Source: an uncultured Flavobacteriales bacterium (lineage in GTDB: Bacteria > Bacteroidota > Bacteroidia > Flavobacteriales_D > CAJJDF01). Taken from it: a DNA stretch of 64,000 nucleotides. This document shows, one piece after another, positions 19,279 to 29,301 of this stretch (position 1 is the stretch's first letter; each line of letters starts with the position of its first letter). The notes under the pieces are model-generated. The model had not been told where the DNA came from. It did not search any database and saw only the letters and a program-made list of their open reading frames with translations. The position numbers and the translations under genes were made by a program. The stretch spans positions 35,274 to 99,273 of the forward strand of contig CAJJDF010000016.1 of assembly GCA_905182785.1 (NCBI GenBank). The letters run 5' to 3'.

Positions 19279-19350
19279 TGCCACTAGATATTTTATGACA
19301 TATTTGTGTCATGGCACGAAATATATAGATGTCAGGAGGACATTTTGGCA
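19279..19350. promoter_or_regulatory. Cluster of TG(A/C)CA / TG(T/G)CA inverted half-sites upstream of dnaK
   Basis: ATGACA-N6-TGTCAT at 19295-19312 flanked by TGCCA/TGGCA; second ATGTC-N5-GACAT and GACA-TTT-TGGCA. Confidence 0.5.
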
Positions 19351-19424
19351 GATTTTTTATAATAATCTAGCTAAAAAATAATAGGCAGTTGTTTAAAAAA
19401 AATAGTTTTGAGAAAATTATAAGA

Positions 19425-20450
19425 TTAATCCACAGTCCAAGTTGTTAATCCTTCTTTACAAAACTCATATCTTTTTGCTTGTCCGCCAAATTTTTCTAAG
19501 GCTTTTAATACTTTATAACGATTCGCTTCTTCGGCATAGAAAATCATAAAACCACCACCACCTGCACCTGATATTTTTCCTCCTGTGGCCCCAGATTTTA
19601 TTGCGGTAGAATAAATATCATCTATCAATTCATTGGTGATTCCCTCGGCCATTTTCTTCTTATTTTCCCATCCTGTAGATAGGATTTCTCCAATTTTATA
19701 CAATTCATCTTTCAGCAAGGCTTCTTTCATCAAATAAGCTTGTTCTTTTACCTGGTGCATTGCTTGAATTGGTTTTTCTTGTTTAGTTTGAGCATTATTG
19801 GCTTGGGTTTCAATAATCCTTGCCGACTCTCTACTTGTTTTGGTGTAATAAAGTATCAAATTGAATTGCAATTCATTCAATAATTCTTCCCTTATTCTCA
19901 ATGGATTTACAATCACTTTGTTATCTTTATAAAACTCCATGAAGTTTACTCCTCCAAAAGTAGCTGCATATTGATCTTGTTTTCCTCCAGCCATTTTCAA
20001 ATCCACTCTTTCTATGTCATAAGACAATTGTGCAATGTCATATTCTCCAAGTGGTAATTTAAACCATTCTACAAACGCGCCAAGAATAGAAACAACTAGG
20101 GTAGAGGAAGTCCCGAGTCCAGACCCTGAAGCTACATCCATGGTAGTTATTAACTCAAAAGATAAATTTTTTAAACCAAATTCCTTGACGACTCTATTGT
20201 AAACTCCTATTTGTAAATCTAAAGTTCCAGAAATAGGTAATGTCTGTGCAGAATCAAATTCAAGTACCTCGCCTCTGTCTAGGGCTTTGAAAATTATTTT
20301 CCCATCCGTACGGGGAATGATTGTGGTGTAGGCATACAAACTAATTGCTGCATTAAGAATCGCACCTCCATAGTTGTCGGAATAAGGGCTTACATCCGTT
20401 CCGCCACCTGCAAAACCAATTCTAAAAGGAGCTTTACTTCTAATTTTCAT
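19425..20450 (-). CDS. hddA: D-glycero-alpha-D-manno-heptose-7-phosphate kinase (GHMP family)
   Basis: RIGFAGGGTD, GSGLGTSS, GKQDQYAA, GKISGAGGGGF. Confidence 0.85.
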   Translation of the reverse strand: MKIRSKAPFRIGFAGGGTDVSPYSDNYGGAILNAAISLYAYTTIIPRTDGKIIFKALDRGEVLEFDSAQTLPISGTLDLQIGVYNRVVKEFGLKNLSFELITTMDVASGSGLGTSSTLVVSILGAFVEWFKLPLGEYDIAQLSYDIERVDLKMAGGKQDQYAATFGGVNFMEFYKDNKVIVNPLRIREELLNELQFNLILYYTKTSRESARIIETQANNAQTKQEKPIQAMHQVKEQAYLMKEALLKDELYKIGEILSTGWENKKKMAEGITNELIDDIYSTAIKSGATGGKISGAGGGGFMIFYAEEANRYKVLKALEKFGGQAKRYEFCKEGLTTWTVD

Positions 20451-20562
20451 AGTTTATATTTTGATTTTGATACCAGCCAGAAATATGAATACTCAGTTTT
20501 ATATATTTTTATTGTAGAGACTGAACTTTTATTCTAGATAAAAAAATGAATAAATATGCCAT

Positions 20563-21543
20563 TTATATTTCTTTTTCTATCGAATAATTATTTCGAACAG
20601 GAGAGTTTCTACCAATTAATTCGGCAATGAAACCTGCCAAAAATAACTGAGTTCCAACTATCATAGCAAATAAAGCTATGTGAAACCAAGTATTATCTGC
20701 TAGTAGAATTGCTCCTTTGTTTATAAATAATTTATCAATCCCAAGCCAGAATGTCAATCCAAACCCAAGGATAAAGAAAAGTGTACCAATTAACCCAAAA
20801 AAGTGCATTGGTTTTTTGCCAAATTTTGTGATAAATGTAATTGTAAATAGATCTAAAAATCCGTTTACAAATCTGTTTAGTCCAAATTTTGAAACTCCGT
20901 ATTTTCTTTCTTGGTGTTGAACTACTTTTTCTCCAATTTTATCAAATCCTGCTCCTTTTGCTATCACAGGAATATACCTGTGCATTTCTCCAAAAATTTC
21001 AATAGAACGGACGACATCTCCTTTGTAGGCTTTTAAGCCACAGTTCATGTCGTGCAGTTTTATTCCACTAAATATTCTAGTTACTCCATTGTATATTTTA
21101 GTAGGAATTGTTTTGGATAATGGATCGTGTCTTTCTTTCTTCCATCCCGATACTACATCATAATTTTCTTCCATTATCATACTGTACAACTCAGGAATTT
21201 CATCTGGGCTGTCTTGTAAATCTGCATCCATTGTAATTACTACATTTCCTTTGGTTGATTGAAATCCGGTATTGAGTGCAGCAGATTTTCCGTAATTTCT
21301 TCTAAATTTTATTCCTTTTACAGCCGGGTATTTCTCTTTTAATTGTTCTACAATCTCCCAAGAAGTATCCTTGCTACCGTCATCTATTAGAATTGCTTCG
21401 TATGAAAAGCTATTTCCTGCGCATACCCTATCAATCCAAGCTAATAACTCAGGTAATGATTCTTCCTCGTTATATAAAGGAATTACTATTGAAATATCTA
21501 ATTTTTCTGTAACCACGTTCTCTAAATTTTTATTTGGTGTCAC
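20563..21543 (-). CDS. GT2 polyprenol-phosphate glycosyltransferase (ArnC/GtrB-like)
   Basis: IPLYNEEE, DDGS, MDADLQD, two C-terminal TMs; exact start uncertain. Confidence 0.9.
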   Translation of the reverse strand: MTPNKNLENVVTEKLDISIVIPLYNEEESLPELLAWIDRVCAGNSFSYEAILIDDGSKDTSWEIVEQLKEKYPAVKGIKFRRNYGKSAALNTGFQSTKGNVVITMDADLQDSPDEIPELYSMIMEENYDVVSGWKKERHDPLSKTIPTKIYNGVTRIFSGIKLHDMNCGLKAYKGDVVRSIEIFGEMHRYIPVIAKGAGFDKIGEKVVQHQERKYGVSKFGLNRFVNGFLDLFTITFITKFGKKPMHFFGLIGTLFFILGFGLTFWLGIDKLFINKGAILLADNTWFHIALFAMIVGTQLFLAGFIAELIGRNSPVRNNYSIEKEI

Positions 21544-22141
21544 TCATTCCTTCTTCAATCTTTTTAAGTAGTTCTTCAATGTTTCCAGAAGTTTCTCCCA
21601 TATCAGAATCTAATCCTTTTAAAGTTTTTGAGATTTCATCAGTATCAATATTTTTAAGAAATTCGTTTAATTTATTGGTTCCAGTTTCAACACTTCCACC
21701 AATATTTTTCAAAACTCCTTTAACATCCAAATTTTTTAAATCTATTCCACTTAGATCCAATACATTTAGTTTGTCAAGGAAATTATTCATCATGTTTTTG
21801 GTAGTTAATTGAACATCTACTTTCCATTCTCCATTTTCCTGAACTACTGTCAAAGGTATAGGCTTTTCTTTTCCTTCCATAAAACAATCGCAAGTTGCAA
21901 TTTCGTTTTCCGTAACACAATCAATGTTTTTTAATATTCCATCACCAAAACTAATCTCTATTCCTGATTCCAAAAAATTTAAAGTAGATTTTGATTTTTC
22001 AGTAGCTAAGGATTTTGCTTTGTCAAAATCTTTGTCAGAAATTGCTGCAAAAAAATCATTAACTGTTGTTTCAGGTTTGTTCCCAGAGCAAGATAATAGC
22101 AAGGCAATTGATAATAATCCTATGAATTTAACTATTCTCAT
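21530..22141 (-). CDS. Lipoprotein, DUF4878/NTF2-like N-domain
   Basis: Lipobox LLSC; PETTVNDFF...DFDKAK...ENGEWKV. Confidence 0.65.
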   Translation of the reverse strand: MRIVKFIGLLSIALLLSCSGNKPETTVNDFFAAISDKDFDKAKSLATEKSKSTLNFLESGIEISFGDGILKNIDCVTENEIATCDCFMEGKEKPIPLTVVQENGEWKVDVQLTTKNMMNNFLDKLNVLDLSGIDLKNLDVKGVLKNIGGSVETGTNKLNEFLKNIDTDEISKTLKGLDSDMGETSGNIEELLKKIEEGMSDTK

Positions 22142-22173
22142 TTTAGTGTTTTTTAAATTAAAAATGAAGATAC

Positions 22174-22208
22174 AAAAAAAGGCACAATTATAAAATTGTA
22201 CCTTTTTT
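22174..22208. terminator. Intrinsic terminator
   Basis: AAAAAAAGGCACAATT...AATTGTACCTTTTTT. Confidence 0.7.
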
Positions 22209-22227
22209 AAAGTTTGTTAAAAAATAC

Positions 22228-22452
22228 TTAGTTAGCAACAGTTTCTTTAATCTCAGTTACGATAGCTTCAGTTGAATCCATTACTACAGTAGCAGCAGAA
22301 TCCATAGTTTCAGTAATAGTTTCTTCAATTACAGTTTCTGTTTCTTCAATTACAGTTTCTGTTTCGTCAACAACAGTACTTGCAGCATCTTCAGCAGCTT
22401 CACAAGAAAATAATGCGAATGCAGCAACAATAGTTAAAAATTTAATTTTCAT
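22228..22452 (-). CDS. Small acidic low-complexity lipoprotein
   Basis: Lipobox LFSC; E/T-rich body with ETETVIE repeats. Confidence 0.7.
   Translation of the reverse strand: MKIKFLTIVAAFALFSCEAAEDAASTVVDETETVIEETETVIEETITETMDSAATVVMDSTEAIVTEIKETVAN
22319..22377. repeat. 21-bp in-frame tandem repeat (2 exact + 1 degenerate)
   Basis: GTTTCTTCAATTACAGTTTCT x2, then GTTTCGTCAACAACAGT. Confidence 0.85.
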
Positions 22453-22526
22453 AATAGTTAAAATATAGGGTTAATAATTCCTTAAAGGTATTACTATTAT
22501 TATAATATAAAAAATAAACCATCTTT

Positions 22527-23597
22527 TTATTGAAACTCTATAGAATTTTTCGCATAAGCTTCCCACTTTTCTAATGCATTTTTCATATCCTCGGGTAATT
22601 CAGATTCAAATTCCATCCACTTACCTGTATAAGGATGAGTGAAGCCAAGTGTTTTTGCATGTAATGCTTGTCTTGGAATTAATTTGAAACAGTTTTGTAC
22701 AAATTGTTTGTATTTGGTAAAAGTTGTTCCTTTCAAAACTGTATCACCATCATAATCTGCATCATTGAAAAGCGTATGTCCAATGTGCTTCATATGAACT
22801 CTAATTTGGTGAGTTCTACCAGTTTCTAACTTACATTCTACCAAGCTAGTATATCCATATCGTTTTAATACCTTGTAATTAGTAATGGATGCTTTTCCGA
22901 ATTCTCCGTCAGGAAAAACAGTCATTAATTTTCTGTTTTTAAGAGATCTTCCTGTATGAGCTTCTATCCTGCCTTCATCTTCTTTCACATCCCCCCATAC
23001 TAAAGCCCAATATCTTCTGTCAGTTGTTTTGTCAAAAAATTGTTTTGATAAATCTACCAAAGCTTTTTCTGTTTTACCCACCACCATTAATCCAGTTGTG
23101 TTTTTGTCTAGTCTGTGAACTATTCCGGGCCTTCCTTCATAATCTCCTCTTTGTGGAAGGTTTTTGAAATGATACAATAAAGCATTTGCCAAAGTTCCAT
23201 CAAAATTTCCATATCCAGGATGAACAACCATGTCCATAGGTTTATTTATCACAGCCAAATATTCGTCTTCGTATACAATATCCAAGGGAATATCTTCTGG
23301 AATAAGTTCTGACTCTCTTACTGGGTAAGGATACATCAGCACTATTTCATCCAATGGTTTTGTTTTATGATTGGCTTTCACTTCTTGTTCTGCCACTCTT
23401 ACATATCCATTTTTTATAGCTTCTTGTATTTTACTACGAGATATATTAGGTAATCTATTCATTAGGAATTTATCTATCCTTACGACTTCTTGCCCTTTAT
23501 CTGCAGTGAATTTATGATGCTCAAATAACTCCGGATTCTCATCTGGACTTAAACGAATAGGTTGAATTTTTTCGGGTTGTTTTTTTTGTTGACTCAA
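22527..23597 (-). CDS. rluD: RluA/RluD-family pseudouridine synthase
   Basis: S4 domain, HRLDKNTTG, TGRTHQIRVH, QALHA. Confidence 0.88.
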   Translation of the reverse strand: MSQQKKQPEKIQPIRLSPDENPELFEHHKFTADKGQEVVRIDKFLMNRLPNISRSKIQEAIKNGYVRVAEQEVKANHKTKPLDEIVLMYPYPVRESELIPEDIPLDIVYEDEYLAVINKPMDMVVHPGYGNFDGTLANALLYHFKNLPQRGDYEGRPGIVHRLDKNTTGLMVVGKTEKALVDLSKQFFDKTTDRRYWALVWGDVKEDEGRIEAHTGRSLKNRKLMTVFPDGEFGKASITNYKVLKRYGYTSLVECKLETGRTHQIRVHMKHIGHTLFNDADYDGDTVLKGTTFTKYKQFVQNCFKLIPRQALHAKTLGFTHPYTGKWMEFESELPEDMKNALEKWEAYAKNSIEFQ

Positions 23598-23600
23598 AAT

Positions 23601-25844
23601 TTAGTTATTGCTTTTTACAAATTTAGCAACTTTAATCTTTCTTGTGTCATTATGGAGTAATTTCACAAAATAAATTCCAGATTGATAGTTAGAAACATCA
23701 AATCTATTTCTTGCTTTTCCATGATAAATTACTTTTCCAGACAAATCAATAATATGTAACGTGTAGTTATACAGATTAATATCTGAGCTAAAATTTATTG
23801 TTGAATTGGTAGGATTAGGAAAAATAGTTATTGTTTTTATTTCTATTTCTTTTTGCCCAATCAAGTAATCTCTTTGAAAAACAAAAGAAGGCCTTACCAT
23901 GATATTTCCTGCAAATCCAGAAGTATTCCAAGCTCCTGATGTTTTGTAGAATAATTTAGAAGATTTATCTATATTTCTATCAAAACCAAAGTTTATTCGA
24001 TCCGCAGTAACTTGAACGATACCTATGTAATATTTCCCTGCATTTAAATAAAAATTAGAATCTAACGGATATTCATAAAATCCATTTGTTCCTAAATTAT
24101 ACCTAGGAACATCTGTTCCTGTTTTTTGATAAATAATAGAGTTTGGTCTTCCTGCATTGTCATCCCAAATTGTAATGAGAAAATTAGAACTATTCATGTT
24201 GTAGGCGGAGGGAGTAAAATGCATAAATACAGATTTTATAGAGTCTCCATTTACCAAATTGTATTCCATTGCAATTTCCGGAAATAATAGTCCAAGTCCT
24301 TGAACTCCATAAGCCGCTTCTGCAGTTCCATCATCATAAGAATAGAAATCCCAAAAAGCTTGTGTAAGTTTTACAGTATCATTCAATCTGCATTTATCTG
24401 GAGTTGTGGTGTGTCTTACCAAAATATCAAATGCAGCATTGGTATCTATCATTGTGGTATCAAAGAAATAAGACGGAGGTATGTTAAATTTCGTCTCAAA
24501 ATTAGTAGATCCACCTATAGAAGGTGTTGCAGGATTATTTATAATAAGTTGAGATATTCCATTATAACTTATTTCTAAATTATTACTTCCTATTAATTTC
24601 CCTGTGCTACTGTTGTTTCTTTGTCTTACAACTAAAGAATCTAACATAGAGTTTAATGGATCCATTTTGTAATGTTTCCATGGCATTGCAGTATAATCTT
24701 TTAATAAAGTTCTTACAGGATATTGAAAAGCAACATCATCTCTTATTGTATCATTAAACGCTCTAAAACTTGTAAGAAATACGTAGTCAATATGCCAATG
24801 ATCAAAACTACCAGAAAGAGTAGCGTAATTTGCAAACCTGAATTTAAATCCTGCTTTTAAATATTTTGCATCTAATATAGGAATCATTACTTGCTTGTAA
24901 TTTGTATCCAACCTTTCACCTGGAGTATTCCAAACACTGAACCATTTATTGTCATTAGGCGACCAAAATTGAACAATTAAAGAATCTGAAGTTTCTGGTT
25001 TGTCTCCTAACCCTTCTGCTTGATAATAAAAACTTAAGTACAAAGAATCTGATAATGTAGCTGTATTCCCACTAGAATTAATATTAAGAAAAATAGGTTT
25101 CGAAGTTAAATAATCTGCTAGACCATAAGCTGTAGGACTTGTGAAATTATAAGGATATCCATTTTCATTCAATCCATCAAAAGTTACAACACCAATTGTG
25201 GGAGGATTAATTCCGTAATCGTTATTTCTGAAAGCAAAATTATCTTGCCATAAGGAATTAGTATCAGTTGCTGAAACAAAATAGACTCTTGCAGAATCCT
25301 GAACAATATCTGGAGGTAGAACATAATAGATGTTATCTGGAGAAGCAACAGTTCCTAGAGTGTCATCTGTATTATAAGGGGGCCAAACAGGAACTGTAAC
25401 ACATACAATCGGATATACATCCAAATCACAAATTGTTCTCATTCCCATTGAAGGTAATGCGACAGTATCAATTTGAAAAGTATCAGGAGAGGTACCGATA
25501 AGAGTATATTGATAGTTGTAAGTAGTATCCAACATAAATATTGCTGTATCTACATCTGGAACTCCTGCAATTAGAATTTTGTGAAATAAGGTATCAATTA
25601 CATTCGCATCTCCTGGTTTCGCATCAAATTTCTTGAACTTATCGATAGAAAAATCATCTTTAAAAGGCAATTTAATTGTATCAATTGAATAAATGTAATT
25701 ATTGTTTAAACTACGACTTACTTGGGCTTGACTCATTTTATATTCTCGAACTAGCTTAGGGTTTATTCCTAAAGGTTCTAAAGATTCTTGAGACTGTAAC
25801 TGAAATGAAACGAAGAAAAGGGTTATAATAAAAATTCTGTACAT
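23601..25844 (-). CDS. T9SS type A cargo protein
   Basis: Signal peptide, LPFKDDFS, YDDGTAE; CTD FPNPT...GIYFVK. Confidence 0.8.
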   Translation of the reverse strand: MYRIFIITLFFVSFQLQSQESLEPLGINPKLVREYKMSQAQVSRSLNNNYIYSIDTIKLPFKDDFSIDKFKKFDAKPGDANVIDTLFHKILIAGVPDVDTAIFMLDTTYNYQYTLIGTSPDTFQIDTVALPSMGMRTICDLDVYPIVCVTVPVWPPYNTDDTLGTVASPDNIYYVLPPDIVQDSARVYFVSATDTNSLWQDNFAFRNNDYGINPPTIGVVTFDGLNENGYPYNFTSPTAYGLADYLTSKPIFLNINSSGNTATLSDSLYLSFYYQAEGLGDKPETSDSLIVQFWSPNDNKWFSVWNTPGERLDTNYKQVMIPILDAKYLKAGFKFRFANYATLSGSFDHWHIDYVFLTSFRAFNDTIRDDVAFQYPVRTLLKDYTAMPWKHYKMDPLNSMLDSLVVRQRNNSSTGKLIGSNNLEISYNGISQLIINNPATPSIGGSTNFETKFNIPPSYFFDTTMIDTNAAFDILVRHTTTPDKCRLNDTVKLTQAFWDFYSYDDGTAEAAYGVQGLGLLFPEIAMEYNLVNGDSIKSVFMHFTPSAYNMNSSNFLITIWDDNAGRPNSIIYQKTGTDVPRYNLGTNGFYEYPLDSNFYLNAGKYYIGIVQVTADRINFGFDRNIDKSSKLFYKTSGAWNTSGFAGNIMVRPSFVFQRDYLIGQKEIEIKTITIFPNPTNSTINFSSDINLYNYTLHIIDLSGKVIYHGKARNRFDVSNYQSGIYFVKLLHNDTRKIKVAKFVKSNN

Positions 25845-25851
25845 GTATCTT

Positions 25852-26622
25852 TTACTTATTTATCGTTACAATAATCTCACTTCCTTCTGCAATGGTTGCA
25901 CCTTCTATATATTCAGGGCTTTGATGAGTTATAGGAGTAGAGGCTGAATCCTCTTTGCTAATGGCTTTATTAAGATTATAAAGAGTAACTAGAGAAAATG
26001 TTTTATTTCCTAACTCCAAATTAGCTTCACTTATTGTTTTGCCTACTAAGTTTGGTATTGGAACTTGGGCATTTAAGTTTTGACCTTTCCCTATTAAAAC
26101 TTCTACTGTAGAGTTTTTTGGCAATATAAATCCTGCTTTCACAGATTTACCTTTGTATTTTACATCTAATACTACATTTTTGTAGGGATTTGGAATAAGA
26201 GTCCATTTCATATTAAGTCCTGCAATGGTAAGTTTTGTTGCAGCCAAAGATTTTGAATTATCTTGAATAGCAGGCAGTTTAATTTTTTGTTCCATTTTTC
26301 GAACAACCGTTAAATAGATAATGCGATTACTCTTAACCCATGACTCTAATGAATCTGAAAATGGTTTTGGACTTTGAAGAATAACTGTGTTCTTCTGTTT
26401 ATTTGCATAAACAGAATCAATAGTTAGTCTTAATTCATAGGTGTTTGCTAATTCTTCTGCTTCTTCAATAGATAATCCTAAGAAACTTGGAGTCTCTATT
26501 TTTTGGCCATGATTGGTATAAAAATTCAACCAAATTAATGTAACAACAACTATTAGTATAGCTGAAAGAAATGCGAATAAAAAGTTTTTAAGCAGAGGTT
26601 TAGATTTAATTTTATTCCACAT
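25852..26622 (-). CDS. PASTA domain-containing membrane protein
   Basis: TM then TNHG; PSFLGLSIEEA, QSPKP, PNLVGKT repeats. Confidence 0.85.
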   Translation of the reverse strand: MWNKIKSKPLLKNFLFAFLSAILIVVVTLIWLNFYTNHGQKIETPSFLGLSIEEAEELANTYELRLTIDSVYANKQKNTVILQSPKPFSDSLESWVKSNRIIYLTVVRKMEQKIKLPAIQDNSKSLAATKLTIAGLNMKWTLIPNPYKNVVLDVKYKGKSVKAGFILPKNSTVEVLIGKGQNLNAQVPIPNLVGKTISEANLELGNKTFSLVTLYNLNKAISKEDSASTPITHQSPEYIEGATIAEGSEIIVTINK

Positions 26623-26649
26623 TTAACTGAGTTAATTATTAGTAAGAGG

Positions 26650-26657
26650 CAAATATA
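26650..26657 (-). promoter_or_regulatory. -7 promoter element for the PASTA operon
   Basis: Minus strand TATATTTG(C). Confidence 0.5.
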
Positions 26658-26780
26658 ACGAAACAAAGTGAATTCTATTTTATACCCTAACTATTAATTA
26701 ACAATCCTTGATTTTAAAAATAAATTAGTGAATGTCTTATCTAAAACTTACATTTGTTTTTGTAAAAAAAATCAGTATAA

Positions 26781-28574
26781 ATGAATTTTTCGACACTCGA
26801 TTGGATAATAATAATTTCATTCTTAGCTATCACACTTTTTATAGGTTTATACTTTAAGGATAGAGCCAGTAAAAGTTTAACTGATTTTTTCTTGGCTGGA
26901 AGAAATTTACCTTGGTACATTGCTGGAATTTCTATGGTTGCAACCACATTTGCTGCTGATACACCTTTGTGGGTAACAGAAGTTATTCATAAAAGTGGAA
27001 TTTCTGGAAACTGGCTATGGTGGAACATGCTGATAGGAGGTATGGTGACTACTTTTTTCTTTGCAAAACTTTGGAGAAGAGCAGATGTACTCACAGAATT
27101 AGAATTTCTCGACATTCGATATTCTGGCAAGATTGTTAATTATTTCAGGGGATTCAAAGCTGTTTATTTAGGCATATTTTTTAATGCAATTGTTATAGGA
27201 TGGGTAAATTCTGCCATGATAAAAATAATGATGGTCTTCTTTGGAACCGATTCCCAAACAGCCTTTTACATTGTTGCAGGACTCATGGTTTTAATTGCTA
27301 TTTATAGTTCAATCTCAGGATTGTTAGGGGTTGCAATAACTGATGCTTTACAATTTGTCTTGGCAATGACAGGTTGTATTATTTTGGCAGTTATTATGGT
27401 AAATTCCGAGCAAGTTGGTGGAATTGATGGGTTAAAAGAAAAACTACCAGCTTGGCGTTTCGATTTTTTTCCAAATTTTGACAAAGCGAATACAATTGGA
27501 ACTTTCACAGTTTCTATTTTAGCTTTCATTTCTTTTATTGGAGTTCAATGGTGGGCAAGTTGGTACCCAGGAGCTGAACCTGGTGGTGGTGGATATATTT
27601 CTCAAAGAATGATGAGTACCAAAAGTGAAAAAGATTCTGTTTTCGCTACTTTATTTTTCCAAATAGCACATTATTGCCTTCGTCCTTGGCCTTGGATTAT
27701 TGTAGGACTTTGTGCTTTGGTTGTTTATCCCGATTTAACTAGTGCTAATGCAGGAGAAGGATTTGTGCGAGCTATGAATGACTTTATGCCGTCAGGATTA
27801 AAAGGATTGTTGTTTACTGCATTTTTGGGAGCTTACATGAGTACAATATCAACCCAGCTGAATTGGGGTGCTAGTTATTTAACCAATGACTTGTATAAAA
27901 GAAATTTTGGAAAAGACGAAACACAAAAACAACTAGTTAATAAAGGAAAACTATTTACGGTTGTAATAATGATAGTTGCAGTTATCACTACGACTTTTAT
28001 AGAAACAATAGATGGAGCAGCTAGATTTTTAATAGGATCTTCTGCAGGTTTAGGAGCAGTTTTAATTCTGAGGTGGTACTGGTGGAGAATAAACATTTGG
28101 AGTGAAATAAGTGCAACCTTAGCACCAATTTTAGGATATACTATTGCAAAATATGTGATTGCTCCCAAGTATCAAATTGAGGATGGAAATGCATTCATTG
28201 AAAACGAAGGGATTTTATTAGTAACAACTTTATTTACTACAATAGTTTGGTTAATTGTTACTTTCATGACTAAACCGACCGACAAAGAAAAGCTACTTTC
28301 ATTTTACCACAAAGTAAAACCTGATGGAGCATGGAATCCAATTAAACAATTGACTAATTACAAAGAAGAAAAATCTAACCTCCCTTATTTAGTAGTATGC
28401 TGGATAACCTCTGTTTGGATGACCTATTCAATTTTGTTTTTTATTGGTAAATTAATATTTAAAGAATGGTATTCTGTAATGATTTGGGGGGCAAGTTCGT
28501 TAATCAGTCTTATACTATTTAGAATATTCTTAAGTAAAACCTCAATTTTTGATAAAACCCCAATCAATGACTAA
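26781..28574 (+). CDS. Sodium:solute symporter family protein
   Basis: DFFLAGRNLPW, ATTFAADTP, AYMSTISTQLN; many TMs. Confidence 0.92.
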   Translation: MNFSTLDWIIIISFLAITLFIGLYFKDRASKSLTDFFLAGRNLPWYIAGISMVATTFAADTPLWVTEVIHKSGISGNWLWWNMLIGGMVTTFFFAKLWRRADVLTELEFLDIRYSGKIVNYFRGFKAVYLGIFFNAIVIGWVNSAMIKIMMVFFGTDSQTAFYIVAGLMVLIAIYSSISGLLGVAITDALQFVLAMTGCIILAVIMVNSEQVGGIDGLKEKLPAWRFDFFPNFDKANTIGTFTVSILAFISFIGVQWWASWYPGAEPGGGGYISQRMMSTKSEKDSVFATLFFQIAHYCLRPWPWIIVGLCALVVYPDLTSANAGEGFVRAMNDFMPSGLKGLLFTAFLGAYMSTISTQLNWGASYLTNDLYKRNFGKDETQKQLVNKGKLFTVVIMIVAVITTTFIETIDGAARFLIGSSAGLGAVLILRWYWWRINIWSEISATLAPILGYTIAKYVIAPKYQIEDGNAFIENEGILLVTTLFTTIVWLIVTFMTKPTDKEKLLSFYHKVKPDGAWNPIKQLTNYKEEKSNLPYLVVCWITSVWMTYSILFFIGKLIFKEWYSVMIWGASSLISLILFRIFLSKTSIFDKTPIND

Positions 28575-29301
28575 TTCTAACAACTGGTTTGCAAGCTGGT
28601 TCGACTCCCCATATTACCATATTTTATATAAAAATAGAGACTACAAGGAAGCTGATTTTTTTATACAAAATTTAACCAGTTACCTAAAACCAAATAACGA
28701 AGATGAAATTCTGGATTTGGCTTGTGGTGCGGGACGTCATTCTATATTTCTTAATAGTTTAGGATATAAAGTTACAGGAGTAGATTTATCTCCAAATAGC
28801 ATAGAAAAAGCTTTAGAATCTAAGAATGACAACCTTAATTTTGATGTGCATGACATGCGTGAAGTATACAAAGAGAATGGGTTTAACTTTGTGTTTAATC
28901 TATTTACAAGTTTTGGTTATTTTGATTCTAATGATGAAAATATAAAGATGTTACAATCGGTTGAAAAAACACTTAAACCCAATGGTATTTTTGTTCTCGA
29001 TTTCTTTAATGCCAATAATGTGATTAAAAATTTGGTAGAGGAAGAGACTAAAGAAGTGGAAGGAGTAGAGTTTAAATTGAAAAGAGAATTAAAAAAAGGT
29101 AAAATTATTAAGCACATTGAATTTGAAACAAAAAATCAAAGTTTTTCCTATTCTGAAAGAGTGCAAGCCATTAAACTGGAAGATTTTGAAGAATTATTTT
29201 CTCATACAAATATGAAAATCATTACTACCTTTGGAAATCATTCTCTAGAAGGGTTTGATAAAGAAAAATCAGATAGACTAATCATCATTGCACAAAAATA
29301 G
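28567..29301 (+). CDS. Class I SAM-dependent methyltransferase
   Basis: WFDSPYYHILY, LDLACGAGRH, NLFTSFGYF; ATG at 28567. Confidence 0.88.
   Translation: MTNSNNWFASWFDSPYYHILYKNRDYKEADFFIQNLTSYLKPNNEDEILDLACGAGRHSIFLNSLGYKVTGVDLSPNSIEKALESKNDNLNFDVHDMREVYKENGFNFVFNLFTSFGYFDSNDENIKMLQSVEKTLKPNGIFVLDFFNANNVIKNLVEEETKEVEGVEFKLKRELKKGKIIKHIEFETKNQSFSYSERVQAIKLEDFEELFSHTNMKIITTFGNHSLEGFDKEKSDRLIIIAQK

Noticed and set aside
22319-22377. Direct repeats as a CRISPR array
   Set aside because: Contiguous, in-frame and without spacers; no CRISPR array or cas gene was seen in the window
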